From Heterodontus francisci (taxonomy: Eukaryota), in assembly GCF_036365525.1 (NCBI RefSeq), contig NC_090415.1, forward strand, positions 12,090,001 to 12,154,000: 64,000 bases of DNA, written 5' to 3'. The translations under genes and the position numbers were made by a program. Under the pieces are notes generated by a model. The model saw nothing but the letters and a program-made list of their open reading frames with translations. It had not been told where the DNA came from and searched no databases. Below, piece by piece: positions 26,971 to 40,284 of the stretch; the first letter of the stretch is position 1; the number at the start of each line of letters is the position of its first letter.

Positions 26971-27952
26971 GGATGTTGCCGGGACTGGAAAAAATGCAGC
27001 TCTGAGGAAAGATTGAATGGTCCGTGGTTGTTCTCTGTGGCACAGAGAATGCTGAGGAGAGATCTGATTGAATTGGATAACATTTTGAGAGGCCTGGATA
27101 GAGTGTAGGTGAAGGGCCAATTTACCTTCATACAGAGGTCACTGACTAGGGATCAAAGACTTAAAGCGTTTGGTAGAATTATTAGAGGGAAGATGAGGAC
27201 AAGGTTTTTTTTCCCTCTCATCTAGAGGATGGTGGGGGTCTGGAACTCAATGCCTGAAAGGGTAGTTGAGGCAGAAATCTTCAAATCATTCAAAAGAAGT
27301 CTGGATATGCACCTCAAGTGCATATTCTACAGGGTTACAGACCAAATGCTGGCAGGTGGGATTAGAATGGGTGGAGAGCTTTCCGGCTGGCACAGACACG
27401 ATGGTCCAAGTGGCTTCTTTCTGTGCCATAAACTTTCAATTATTTTCAGAAAAGAGAAGGCTGAGGGGGGACATGATTGAGGTATCCAAAATTATGAAGG
27501 TCATTGATAGGTTAGACAGGAGGAAACTTTTTGTTTTCCCTCAGCGAACGGATCGATCAGTCGGTCAGGGGCAGGAGGTTTAATGGAGATGTGAGGGGGG
27601 AAAAAACACTCATCATGTGGTTGGAATCTGGAACACACTGCCTGAATAGGTGGCAGAGGCAGGAACCCTCACAACATTTAAGAGGTATTTAGATGAGCAC
27701 TTGAAACGCCATAGCATACAAGAATACGGGTCAAGTGCTGGAAAATGGGATTAGAATAGTTAGATGCTTGAAGAAATACTTGCAGGTTTATAGGTAAATT
27801 GCCCCTAGTGTAGGTAAATGGGAGGAGAATGGTGGGGATGCCGGAGGGAATATGGGATTAATGTCGGATTAGTATAAATGGGTGGTTGTTGGTCGGCACA
27901 GACTCGGTGGGCCGAAGGGCCTGTTTCTGTGCTGCTTAAATCCATGACTCTA
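26971..27952 (+). mobile_element. CR1 fragments plus SINE tail (duplicate of 10015..10996)
   Basis: Identical ORF track at +16,956. Confidence 0.8.
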
Positions 27953-28446
27953 TGTTTAGTTATCGCGTCATGAATTAAACGGTTGCATTTGATAAAGTCC
28001 ATTGACGACCTGAACTGCCGGTGAAGATGGTCGATTTATTCCCGTTAGAGTAAGCAATGACCGGACCTTTATTCCCGCCTGAGACCGAACAAGGAATGAA
28101 CCCCAATTCAAACCGTATTGGAAGAAACGGAGGTGGAATCGAGGGCCGAAAGATGAAGCTCCAAGCAATGAGATTTTATAATTGTTCCCGCCGAATTAGG
28201 TTTTATTTAATCTTTGAGTAGTTTGCTAATTTGAAATTGGCGGGCTTTTTGAATTTGATGAAATTTCAGTTGCAGTTCAACCAATCAGGGAGCAGCAATT
28301 CCCACCGCCCTTATCAATCGTTTCAAATTGGATGATGGACGGGGCTTCATCCAATCACAACATTAGGACGGTCCTTCGACTGTCTTAAATAGGCAGTTCC
28401 TGAGCAGCTTCAGCATTAAACGCGACATTGTGCAAGGTCTCCGTAG

Positions 28447-28860
<414 letters not shown>

Positions 28861-29381
28861 ACTGACCCTGCCCGGAACTGAGTTCGGCATCAAATACCAC
28901 AACGGCTCTTTTAAGAGCCACCAAATCGACAAAAGAAAGAGTTGTGATCTCTTGTTCATTCCAGCACATAAACGTCTCAAGGTTTTGACCACTTATTTAC
29001 TCAAAGCCGGGAAACACAAATACTTTTGTCTGCATCCGGCAGCTGGAGATTTCATGACGTGTCAGTTGTAAGATCGAGAGTAGCGATACCAATGTGCACA
29101 GCGCATTTTAATAGACCGGCGATCGTTTTAGGACTGAACAAATGTTTGTGGTACATAAAGGGTAGAATGGTAAAAGTGCCTTTCCAATAGGGTCTGAGGG
29201 AATTAGAATGTATTTCATCTGATGAGCAACTAAATGCCAAAATCCAGTACACTTCATTCCAACACAAAACAATGATAACAGTATAATATTACAGTCTTTC
29301 AGACAGTAACCAGCCCTTTCACAGATAAAGTGGGTGGCTCTGAAAAGAGCCTTTGGGTTCACAGATTCAAGTCCGGCCGCT

Positions 29382-29891
<510 letters not shown>

Positions 29892-30687
29892 TCATTGTGC
29901 TGTACATGTAACCAATCAGAGAGCTGCTCAATTCACCAATCACAAGAAGACAGTGAGTTGAGAGCGGAAAATAAGAGCGCGAAATGGTCAGGCTCCCAAC
30001 GATATTTCACATTTGAAAAGCCCGCCAATATATTTGTAAAACAAGGGGCGGCTTCAATATAGAATATCACATTTATAGGTTATATTGTTTTACAGAAAAC
30101 ATTGCAAAAACGTGTTCATTTTTTAATTCCACATTTTGTCCCAGATTCGCTTTTGTAATCCGCCATGTATTCTGCTTTATTCTTTTTCATGATACAGTCT
30201 AACCAGCGGCTGAAAGACTCATTCACAGCATTTTGTAACCGGACACATTTCAGGTCAATCTTCGTAATTATACTGTATCACTGATTCTAGATTGATCCCT
30301 TTTCGTGGGAGACAAAAGCGGAGTATAGATTTTCAGTGTCACGGGTTAGAGACTGAGGGTGCCTAAACCAACGGGGTTTCTTAACAATGTACTTATTCAT
30401 AAAGATAGCCAAACTTTAACACGGCAACCAAGTAACTGAGAACATCTTTAAATCATGCGTTAAATCAGCTTTCATTTTCGAAATATAGCAAAGGGGCCAA
30501 AATGAATCTGCATTAACCTGACCGGATTTAAACAGAGAATACAACCGCCATCAAAAATTTGCAGAGTATTCGTATTAACATAAAAAGAAATCGATAATTA
30601 TGATGTTGTAGCTATTTCAGAGAAATTGTGGGTGGCTCTTAAAAGAGCCTTTTTTGTATATTGTGTTTTTCAGTCCATGGTGGCGAT

Positions 30688-31068
30688 TTACTTGGAGCTG
30701 GTGTACTTGGTGACCGCCTTTGTACCTTCCGACACGGCGTGTTTGGCCAGCTCCCCGGGCAGCAGCAGGCGCACGGCGGTCTGGATCTCCCGGGAGCTGA
30801 TGGTGCTGCGTTTGTTGTAATGGGCCAGGCGGGAAGCCTCACCCGCGATTCGCTCGAAAATATCATTCACAAACGAATTCATGATACTCATGGCCTTGGA
30901 GGAGATGCCGGTGTCAGGGTGAACCTGCTTCATCACTTTGTACACGTAGATGGAGTAACTTTCTCTCCTGGATCTTCTACGTTTCTTGCTGCCCTTCGTT
31001 GGCGCCTTCTTCTGAGTTTTCTTGGCGCCCTTCTTGGAAGGTGCTGCAGTTTTCTTCTCGTCAACCAT
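30688..31068 (-). CDS. H2B: Histone H2B copy 2
   Basis: Canonical IAGEASRL core; stem-loop 30634-30649. Confidence 0.98.
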   Translation of the reverse strand: MVDEKKTAAPSKKGAKKTQKKAPTKGSKKRRRSRRESYSIYVYKVMKQVHPDTGISSKAMSIMNSFVNDIFERIAGEASRLAHYNKRSTISSREIQTAVRLLLPGELAKHAVSEGTKAVTKYTSSK

Positions 31069-31121
31069 GATCACGATCAACTTCAGACGCAGAATAACCG
31101 AAATTTCGCTCGGAGCTTGAA

Positions 31122-31185
31122 TTTTATAGACATCCCCAGAACCCTATGCAAATGAAGGATGGGAGATGACCATGTTCATGATTGG
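31122..31185 (-). promoter_or_regulatory. H2B promoter: TATA, Oct-1 octamer, CCAAT
   Basis: TATAAAA ~31122-31128, ATTTGCAT 31146-31153, CCAAT 31181-31185, all on minus. Confidence 0.85.
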
Positions 31186-31216
31186 CTGGTTTACAATGAT
31201 GTCACTGCCTGATGTT

Positions 31217-31551
31217 GAGTGGCGCAGCGGTTCGCACCGCAGCCTCACAGCTCCAGCGACCGGGGTTCAATTCTGGGTGCTGCCTGTGTGGAGTTTGCAA
31301 GTTCTCCTTGTGTCTGCGTGGGTTTGCTCCGGGTGCTCCGGTTTCCTCCCACATGCCAAAGACTTGCTGGTTTATAGGTTAATTGCCCATGATAAAATTG
31401 CCCCTAGTATAGGTAGGTGGTCGGGAAATATAGGGACAGGTAGGAATATGGAATTCGTGTCGAGTTAGGATAAATGGGTGGTTGATGGTCGGCACAGACT
31501 CGGTGGGCCTGCTTCAGTGCTGCATCTCTAAAACTAAAACTAAAAGCTAAA
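31217..31551 (+). mobile_element. HE1-type tRNA-derived SINE in the H2B promoter
   Basis: A box TGGCGCAGCGG, B box GGTTCAATTC, (ctaaaa)n tail; absent from the paralogous site ~14340. Confidence 0.9.
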
Positions 31552-32179
31552 TCTGTCTGATTGGATATCTAAATTAATCAATCACACTTCATGCCTATCA
31601 CAGCCACAAACTGACGCAGCAGTCAGATCGTCCAACCCCCTTTGCCCGAACTTAACCATGACTTTCTGAGTCCCTCTGTCTCTTCAAACATTTCCATTTT
31701 GCTGGTATGAACACATCTATTTTTTCACTCTGTACATATAATTTCTCGACACTTCCATTCCTTATCAGGATGTACCGCCCTGCTGCACTTCCCTCCATCA
31801 CCAGGACGGAACCGTCCAGTATAGTTGGGGTCAGACATGGGCAAATGCAAGCATTGAAGTGCAAGTCTTTAAATCTATGTTGCGTGCCAAATAAGTTTGG
31901 TCAGCTGCAGCCACAAGTAACCACATGAAAGATTTATATAGTGGCAATTACATAATTCTGGCTGAAACTAGGCGAGGCATGGGAACTTATTATTACTGGC
32001 TACAAATATTCAGCAAGACAGGTCTGAAAAAATATGGAGGGTTGTGGAGTGGAAAGAGTTGATCAAATATAATATGATAACACTGGCAGCGATGATGTTT
32101 TTGAGTTGTTAACAAAATAATCGATTTGGTCATATATACGGAATATGGCAGGAGGAAATGCATGGACATTCTGGGTCGT

Positions 32180-33170
32180 GTCATGTTTGTCTTTCCCTGC
32201 AGGACATGTGAATGTGGGTTTCATTCTGTGCCTGTCAGTATGTGATATTTAACTGTGGCTTTTACTCCGTATTGGTCAATGATTTTGTGATTTAATTCAG
32301 TAATTTCAATCTTCAATAGGTGATTCTGTTTTTTCTTTCCCTGGAACATTCAGTTTCTAAGTGGGTGATTATGGGTTTTGTTCTGTACCTATGAGCTTCT
32401 GCTGAGTGAGTGTGGGTTTTGTTATGTATCTGTTAATCTCTGCTTTTGGAGTCTGGGCATTTCTCTTTATCTGTCAATTTCTGAATTGTGAATTTGGATT
32501 TTAATCTGCACCTGTCAGTTTCTGGTATGAAAGGTTGTTTGATTTTGTCTCTGTATCTGTTAGTAAGTGACATTTTTGTGTAGCTTTACACAGCACATGT
32601 TAATTGATGACACATCAGCATTGTTTTCACTCTACATGTCAGTCTCTGGTTTGGAGGCCTCACCTGTGTTCTGTACCCATCAGACGTCTTCATATAAGGA
32701 TGGGTTTTAACCTGTTCCTTTCAATCTGTTGTATGTAAGTACTGTTTATTATCTGTATCTGTAAGTTTCTGATGAATGAATGTGGTCTGTATCACGTCCC
32801 TGTCAGTGGTTCATTAAGAGATATTTTTCACTGTACCTGCCCGTTCTGATATGTGAGTGTGGGTTGTGATCTACGGCTGGCCGTTTCTGGTATGAGACAT
32901 GAGCATTGTTTTTACTCTGTGCATGTTAGCCTCAAGTGTCAGAAGCTGGGTTTAATAGTACAGCTCACTCTCTGCTGTATGATTATGGATTTTCATCTGG
33001 ACAAGTTAATTTCTGGTACGGGCATGTGAATTTTATTCTCTATGCCAATTTATGGTATGTGATTATGTGTTCTTTCTGTTCTGTCAGTTTCTGCTGAACT
33101 GTATGGTGGGTTGCTTTCAATCTGCCAAGTTCTGCGATGTGAATGTTGGTTTTACTTTGTATTTGTCATC
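32180..33170 (+). repeat. Degenerate 41-bp tandem repeat
   Basis: In-phase unit starts at 32383, 32424, 32465, 32506. Confidence 0.8.
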
Positions 33171-33174
33171 GAGA

Positions 33175-34148
33175 GATAGAGTCATAGAGTTATACAGCAC
33201 AGAAACAGGCCCTTAGACACATTGATGGCCGGCACAGGCACAATCAGTGATCTATTCTAATCCCATTTTCCAGCACTTGGCCCATAGCCTTGTATGCTAT
33301 GGCCTTTCAAATGTATATCTAAATACTTCTTAAATGTTGTGTGGGGTCCTGCCTCTACCACCCCTTTCAGGTAATGTGTTCCAGATTCCAACCACCATCT
33401 GGGTGAAAATGAAAAAAAAACAATCCTCAAATCCACTCTAAACCTCCTGCTTCTTACATTAAATCATGGCTGATCTGTTTCTGACTTGAATTCCACACTC
33501 ATATCTCCTCCCAATAATCTTTGATTCCCTTGCCTAACAAGAATCAATCAAGACCTGACTGAAAAATAATATATTCATTGACACCGCCTCCACCACCTTC
33601 TAAAGCACTGAATTCCAAAGTCTCACAAACCTCAGAGGGAAACAAAATCTCCTCATCTCGGTCCTAAAAGTGTGACCCATACTTTTAAAGCAGTGCCCCC
33701 GATTTCTGAACTCATCCACAAGAGGAAACATCCTTTCCCCATCCACCTTGTCAAGACCATTCAGGATCTTATACATTACAATCAAGTCTCCCCTCACTCT
33801 TCTAAACTCCAGTGAAAACTAACCCAGTCTGTCCAACCTTTCCTCATAAGACATCCACTCATTCCAGGTATCAATCTAATAAACCTCCTCTGAAACACCT
33901 CCAACACATTTACTTCCTTCCTTAAATATGGAGACCAAAACTGCACACAGTATTCGAGCTGTGGTCTCACCAAAGCCCCGTATAACTGAAGCATAACATC
34001 CTTAGATTAATTTTCAATTCCTGTTGGAATAAAGGATAACTTTCCAATTGCCTTTGTGATTTGCCATACCTGCATACTAACGTTTTATGACTCAAGCACA
34101 AGAACACCTGGATCCCTCTGCACCTCAGAATTCTGCAGTCATTCTCCA
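33175..34148 (-). mobile_element. Two CR1 3' fragments
   Basis: ORFs 33600.., 33794.. LVRPQLEYCVQFWSP; 3' tail at 33175. Confidence 0.85.
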
Positions 34149-34149
34149 C

Positions 34150-34335
34150 AGATACTCAGCAGGCCTGCCAGCATCTGTGGAGACAGAAACAGAGATAACC
34201 ATTCTGGTCAATGGTCTTTCATCAGAAAGGTCTGTTCTGATCGAAGGTCATTGACCTGAAATGTTAACTCACTTTCTCTCTCTACAGGTGCTGCCAGATT
34301 TGCAGATTATTTCCAGCATTTTCTGTTTTTATTTC
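34150..34335. mobile_element. Palindromic pLTR pair (paralog of 19825..20060)
   Basis: tttcatcagaaaggtctgttctgatcgaaggtcattgacctgaaatgttaac. Confidence 0.6.
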
Positions 34336-35109
34336 CACTGTACATCGTATATTCTGGCAAATGAATGTGGAATTAATCTTTAACCTTTGGTTTCTGATAT
34401 GCAAATGTGGATTTTACCTAGCATGTTGTCAGTTACTGCAATGCAAATATCTGTTTTATTCTGTAACATTTTGTTTGTGGTAATTGATTGTGGGTTTTAC
34501 TCTGCATCTGCCAGTCTCTGTAATGTGAATGTGGCTTTTGTCTGTGCATGATTTGTGAGTATGTGTTTTACTTTCCCTGTCTGTTTCTCAATGTGGATTT
34601 TGCTATGTACCTCAGTAACTTTATGTGTATATGTTGTATTCTGTTTCTATGCATGTATGGTGAGTGTAACATTTCCCCTGTATCTATCAGAATCACTCTT
34701 GTGAGGATGGTCATTATTCTGTACATGTTGGTTTATGGTAGTGCTTGATTTACACTTTTACGGTCATTCTCTGATATGCTACTATACAGTTTACTCTGCA
34801 CTTGTCAGATTCTGCTATGTGATATTATCTTTTATCTATCTGTCTGTGTCTGGTATCCTATTGCAAGTTTTACGGTATACCCATCAGCTTCTGGTATTTA
34901 AGTATGAGGTTCACATTGTATCTTTCATCTTGTTCTGTGTGAATCTGCTTCTGCCTTGAACTGACAGTTTCTACTCTGTGAGTGTACATTTGAAGGGTGC
35001 TTGTGAATTTCTGCTAAATAGATGATAGTTTTACTCTGTGCATGTCAGTCACTGCAATGGGAAGTTGGGATTCATGCTGTATCTGCCATTTGATTTATTG
35101 ATCTATTCT

Positions 35110-36157
35110 GGTTTTTGGCTGGCCCATAGAAGACAGAGGGTGGTAGTAGATGGAAAGTATTCAGCATGGAGCTCGGTGACCAGTGGTGTTCCGCAGGGAT
35201 CTGTTCTGGGACCTCTGCTCTTTGTGATTTTTATAAATGACTTGGATGAGGAAGTGGAAGGCTGGGTTAGCAAGTTTGCCGATGACACGAAGATTGCTGG
35301 AGTTGTGGATAGTGTGGAAAGCTGTTGCAGGTTGCAATGGGACATTGACAGGATGCAGAGCTGGGCTGAGAAGTGGCAGATGGAGTTCAACCTGGAAAAG
35401 TGTGAAGTGATTCATTTTGGAAGGTCGAATTTGAATGCAGAATACAGGCTTAAAGACAGGATTCTTGGTAGTGTGGAGGAACAGAGGGATCTTGGGGTCC
35501 ATGTCCATAGATCGCTCCAAGTTGCCACCCAAGTTGACAAGGGTTGTTAAAAGGCGTATGGTGTGTTGGCTTTCATTAACTGGGGGATTGAGTTTTAAGA
35601 GCCGCGAGGTTATGCTGCAGCTCTATAAAGCCCTGGTTAGACCACACTTGGAATATTGTGTTCAGTTCTGATCGCCTCATTATAGGAAGGATGTGGAAGC
35701 TTTAGAGAGGGTGCAGAAGAGATTTACCAGGATGCTGCCTGGACTGGAGGGCATGTCTTACGAAGAAAGGTTGAGGGAGCTAGGGCTTTTCTCATTGGAG
35801 CAAAGAAGGATGAGAGGTGACTTGATAGAGGGGTACAAGATGATGAGAGGTATAGATAGAGTGGATAGCCAGAGACTTTTTCCCAGGGTGGAAAAGGCTA
35901 TCACTAGGGGGCACAATTTTAAGGTGATTGGAGGAAGGTTTCGGGGAGATGTCAGAGGTCGGGTCTTTACACAGAGATTGGTGGGTGCGTGGAATGCACT
36001 GCCAGTGCTGGGAGTAGAAGCAGATACATTAGGAACATTTAAGCGACTCTTGGATAGGTACATGGATGATAGTAGAAAGAAGGGTATGCAGGTAGTTTGA
36101 TCTTAGAGTAGGTTAAAGGTTCGGCACAACATCGTGGGCCGAAGGGCCTGTACTGTT
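35110..36157 (+). mobile_element. CR1 (HER1-like) 3' fragment
   Basis: GVPQGSVLGP, FADD, then frameshifts; 3' UTR ggcacaacatcgtgggccgaagggcctgtactg. Confidence 0.92.
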
Positions 36158-36502
36158 TAGTTTAGTTCAGAGATACAGCACTGAAACAGGCCCTTCGGCC
36201 CACGGAGACTGTGCCGACCATCAACCACCCATTTATACTAATCCTACACGAATCCCATATTCCTACCACATCCCCACCTGTCCCTATATTTCCCTACCAC
36301 CTCCCTATACTAGGGGCAATTTATAATGGCCAATTAACCGATCAACCTGCAAGTCTTTGGCATGTGGGAGGAAACCAGAGCACCCGGAGGAAACCCACGC
36401 AGACACAGGGAGAACTTGCAAACTCCACACAGGCAGTACCCAGAATTGAACCCGGGTCGCTGGAGCTGTGAGGCTGCGGTGCTAACCACTGCGCCACTGT
36501 GC
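36158..36502 (-). mobile_element. Full-length HE1-type SINE with ~9-bp TSD
   Basis: A box TGGCGCAGTGG, B box GGTTCAATTC; TGTACTGTT at 36149-36157 and 36503-36511. Confidence 0.9.
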
Positions 36503-36761
36503 TGTACTGTTCTATACCCCGTATCCTGAGACTGTGAGCCCTGGTTCTGGACTCCCCAGCCATCGGGAACATCCTCCCTGCATTCAGCATGAATCCTGTT
36601 AGAATTTTATTGGTTTCTGTGAGATCCCCTCTCATTCTTCTAAACCAAAGTAAATGTAGGCCTACTTGACCCAATCTCTCCTCATACATCAACCCTGCCA
36701 TCCCAGGAACCAAGGCGAGAACAAAATTCCTAAGATAAATAGACCAAAACTACACACAATA

Positions 36762-37140
36762 CGGTGGCACAGTGGTTAGCACCACAGCCTCACAGCTCCA
36801 GCGACATGGGTTTGGTTCTGGGGACTGCCTGTGCGGAGTTTGCAAGTTCTTCCTGTGACCATGTGGGTTTCCGCCGGGCGATCTGATTTTCTCCCACAGC
36901 CAAAGACTTGCAGGTTGATAGGTAAATTGCCCATTGTAAATTGCCCCTAGTATAGGTTGGTGGTAGGGAAGGTGGGTAGAGGTAGGGAATATGGGATTAA
37001 TGTAGGATTAGTATAAATAGGTGGTTGTTGGTCGGATGGGGTTAATTTAGGATTAGTCTAAAAATGGGTGGTTGTTAGTCAGCACAGACTCGGTTGCCCA
37101 AAGGGCCTTGTTCAGTGCTGGATCACTCTTTGACTCTAAA
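36762..37140 (+). mobile_element. HE1-type SINE
   Basis: ggtggcacagtggttagcacc...; tail gactcta; aatac on both sides. Confidence 0.85.
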
Positions 37141-37348
37141 TACTCCAGATGAGTCTCACCAAGGCCTTGTATAACTGCAGTAAGACATCTGTGCTCCTGC
37201 CCTCAAATCCTCTTGCAACGAAGGCCAACATACCATTTTCCTTCCTAATTGCTTGCTGCACCTGAATGCTTGCTTTCAGCGACTGATGTACAAGGACACC
37301 CAGGTCTCGTTGCACCTCCCCCTTTCCCTATCTATCACTATTCAGATA

Positions 37349-39141
37349 GGAAAGGGCTCTGATGAGGAGCCACCATGTTGAATTGTACCTTTCATATTGT
37401 CATGGAATGAGGTGATGATACTTAGTAGCTTTGGTGGACATCCGATCTTTTCTAGTAGTCTGAAGAGACCACGTCTGCTGACGAGGTCAAAGGCTTTGGT
37501 GAGATCAATGAAAGCAATGTAGAGGGGCATCTGTTGTTCACGGCATTTCTCCTGTATCTGACGAAGGGAGAACAGCATGTCAATAGTCGATCTCTCTGCA
37601 CGAAAGCCACACTGTGCCTCAGGGTAGACGCGCTCGGCCAGCTTCTGGAGCCTGTTCAGAGCGACTCGAGCAAAGACTTTCCCCACTATGCTGAGCAGGG
37701 AGATTCCACGGTAGTTGTTGCAGTCACCGCGGTCACCTTTGTTTTTATAGAGGGTGATGATGTTGGCATCGCGCATGTCCTGGGGTACTGCTCCCTCGTC
37801 CCAGCACAGGCATAGCAGTTCATGTAGTGCTGAGAGTATAGCAGGCTTGGCACTCTTGATTATTTCAGGGGTAATGCTGTCCTTCCCAGGGGCTTTTCCG
37901 CTGGCTAGAGAATCAATGGCATCACTGAGTTCTGATTTGGTTGGCTGTATGTCCAGCTCATCCATGACTGGTAGAGGCTGGGCTGCATTGAGGGCAGTCT
38001 CAGTGACAGCATTCTCCCTGGAGTACAGTTCTAGGTAGTGCTCAACCCAGCGGTCCATTTGTTTGCGTTGGTCAGTGATTATGTCCCCCGATTTAGATTT
38101 GAGGGGGGTGATCTTCTTGATGGTTGGCCCAAGAGCTCTCTTCATGCCATCATACATTCCTCTGATGTTTCCGGTGTCTGAGGCCAGCTGAATATGACTG
38201 CAAAGGTGTTGCCAGTAGTCGTTTGCGCAACGCCTAGCTGTTCTTTGTGCAGTACTTCTGGCTGCTTTAAGTGCTGCGGATGTTAAATCGCTCGGGGCTT
38301 TCTTGTAGTTCAAAAGTGCAATGCGCTTAGCGGCTATGACAGGTTCCAGCTCTTCATTATGAGATTGAAACCAGTCTGCATTTCTCTTCGCACTTTTGCC
38401 GTAGGTGGTCAAAGCTGACTCATAGATGGCGTCTCTGATGTGGGCCCACTTGGTCTCAGCATCCCCTGTGGGAGTGTTTTGAAGGGCTGTTACAAGTGAA
38501 TTTAGAAATTTTTGTAACAGCTGTGGGTGAGAAATTCTGCTCGTGTTGATGCGCGGGTGGCCCTTCTGCTTGGAATGATGCAACTTCTTTGGTCTGAGTC
38601 TAACCTTGCTGCACACCAGGGAGTGGTCGGTGTCGCAGTCCGCACTGTGGAAGCTGCGTGTGATTTGAACACTGTTTAAGGCGGCTCGCCTTGTGACAAT
38701 GAGGTCTAGCTGGTGCCAACGACGTGATCTTGGGTGCCTCCATGAAACCTGGTGACAGGGTTTAGTGTGAAAGAACGAGTTGGTGATGCAGAGGTTATGA
38801 TAGGTACACAACTCAAGCAGTCTCTGCCCGTTCTCATTCATCCTTCCAACGCCATAGCGCCCAAGGCAGGAGGGCCATGAGTCATGGTCGGCCCCAACCC
38901 TGGCATTAAAGTCCCCCAGCAGGAATAGGTGTTCGGTGTTGGGGATGCTGCTAATGATGTTATGGAGTTGTTCATAGAACTGGTCTTTAGCTTCAGGTGC
39001 GGAGCAGAGTGTTGGAGCATAGATGCTGAGTAGGTGTACTGGACCAGAGGTGGTGAGCAGTCGGATGGACAGTATGCGTTCCGAGCCATTTGAGGGAGGC
39101 TCTATCATGCTGAGCAAGGAGTTTCTGATGGCGAAGCCATG
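37349..39141 (-). mobile_element. RTE-clade LINE, inverted 5' segment (APE endonuclease plus first half of RT)
   Basis: ORF 37342..39165: SIYAPT, LLGDFNARVG, QLDLI, DTDH, KAPGKD, NYRGISLL, QCGFR, FIDLTKAFD; no stops. Confidence 0.95.
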
Positions 39142-40284
39142 TTTTCTTCTCCCTGCTGCTTTCACATGCGTTCAAATCCTCTGAAGAAGGAATTTTCCTC
39201 CACACAAGATCAGGGGGCAGGTTGTTCAACCTTGCCCGTCTAAGAGCGAAGTCCAAAGTACGGAAAGTCCTCATCAGAGAACTCCTCTTTGCTGACGATG
39301 CTGCTTTAACATCTCACACTGAAGAATGCCTGCAGAGTCTCATCGACAGGTTTGCGTCTGCCTGCAATGAATTTGGCCTAACCATCAGCCTCAAGAAAAC
39401 GAACATCATGGGGCAGGATGTCAGAAATGCTCCATCCATCAATATTGGCGACCACGCTCTGGAAGTGGTTCAAGAGTTCACCTACCTAGGCTCAACTATC
39501 ACCAGTAACCTGTCTCTAGATGCAGAAATCAACAAGCACATGGGTAAGGCTTCCACTGCTATGTCCAGACTGGCCAAGAGAGTGTGGGAAAATGGCGCAC
39601 TGACACGGAACACAAAAGTCCGAGTGTATCAGGCCTGTGTCCTCAGTACCTTGCTCTACGGCAGCGAGGCCTGGACAACGTATGCCAGCCAAGAGCGACG
39701 TCTCAATTCATTCCATCTTCGCTGCCTTCGGAGAATACTTGGCATCAGGTGGCAGGACTATATCTCCAACACAGAAGTCCTTGAAGCGGCCAACACCCCC
39801 AGCTTATACACACTACTGAGTCAGCGGCGCTTGAGATGGCTTGGCCATGTGAGCCGCATGGAAGATGGCAGGATCCCCAAAGACACATTGTACAGCGAGC
39901 TCGCCACTGGTATCAGACCCACCGGCCGTCCATGTCTCCGTTATAAAGACGTCTGCAAACGCGACATGAAATCGTGTGACATTGATCACAAGTCGTGGGA
40001 GTCAGTTGCCAGCATTCGCCAGAGCTGGCGGGCAGCCATAAAGACAGGGCTAAATTGTGGCGAGTCGAAGAGACTTAGTAGTTGGCAGGAAAAAAGACAG
40101 AGGCGCAAGGGGAGAGCCAACTGTGCAACAGCCCCAACAAACAAATTTCTCTGCAGCACCTGTGGAAGAGCCTGTCACTCCAGAATTGGCCTTTATAGCC
40201 ATGCCAGGCGCTGCATCACAAACCACTGACCACCTCCAGGCGCGTATCCATTGTCTCTCGAGATAAGGAGGCCCAAAAGAAAGA
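39142..40284 (+). mobile_element. RTE-clade LINE, non-inverted 3' segment
   Basis: ORF 39222..40229: LLFADD, FTYLGS, LLYGSEAW, RLRWLGHV, C-terminal CxxC...HxxxC; aaaagaaaga tail; TSD ACTATTCAGATA. Confidence 0.95.

Noticed and set aside
36440-36500. tRNA-like A and B boxes (also 31217, 36762, 45440)
   Set aside because: Heads of tRNA-derived SINEs continuing into SINE body and LINE-like tail; not tRNA genes
37342-40229. Two divergent host genes
   Set aside because: They are halves of one RTE ORF, as shown by the colinear copy at 43402..44772 and the shared TSD
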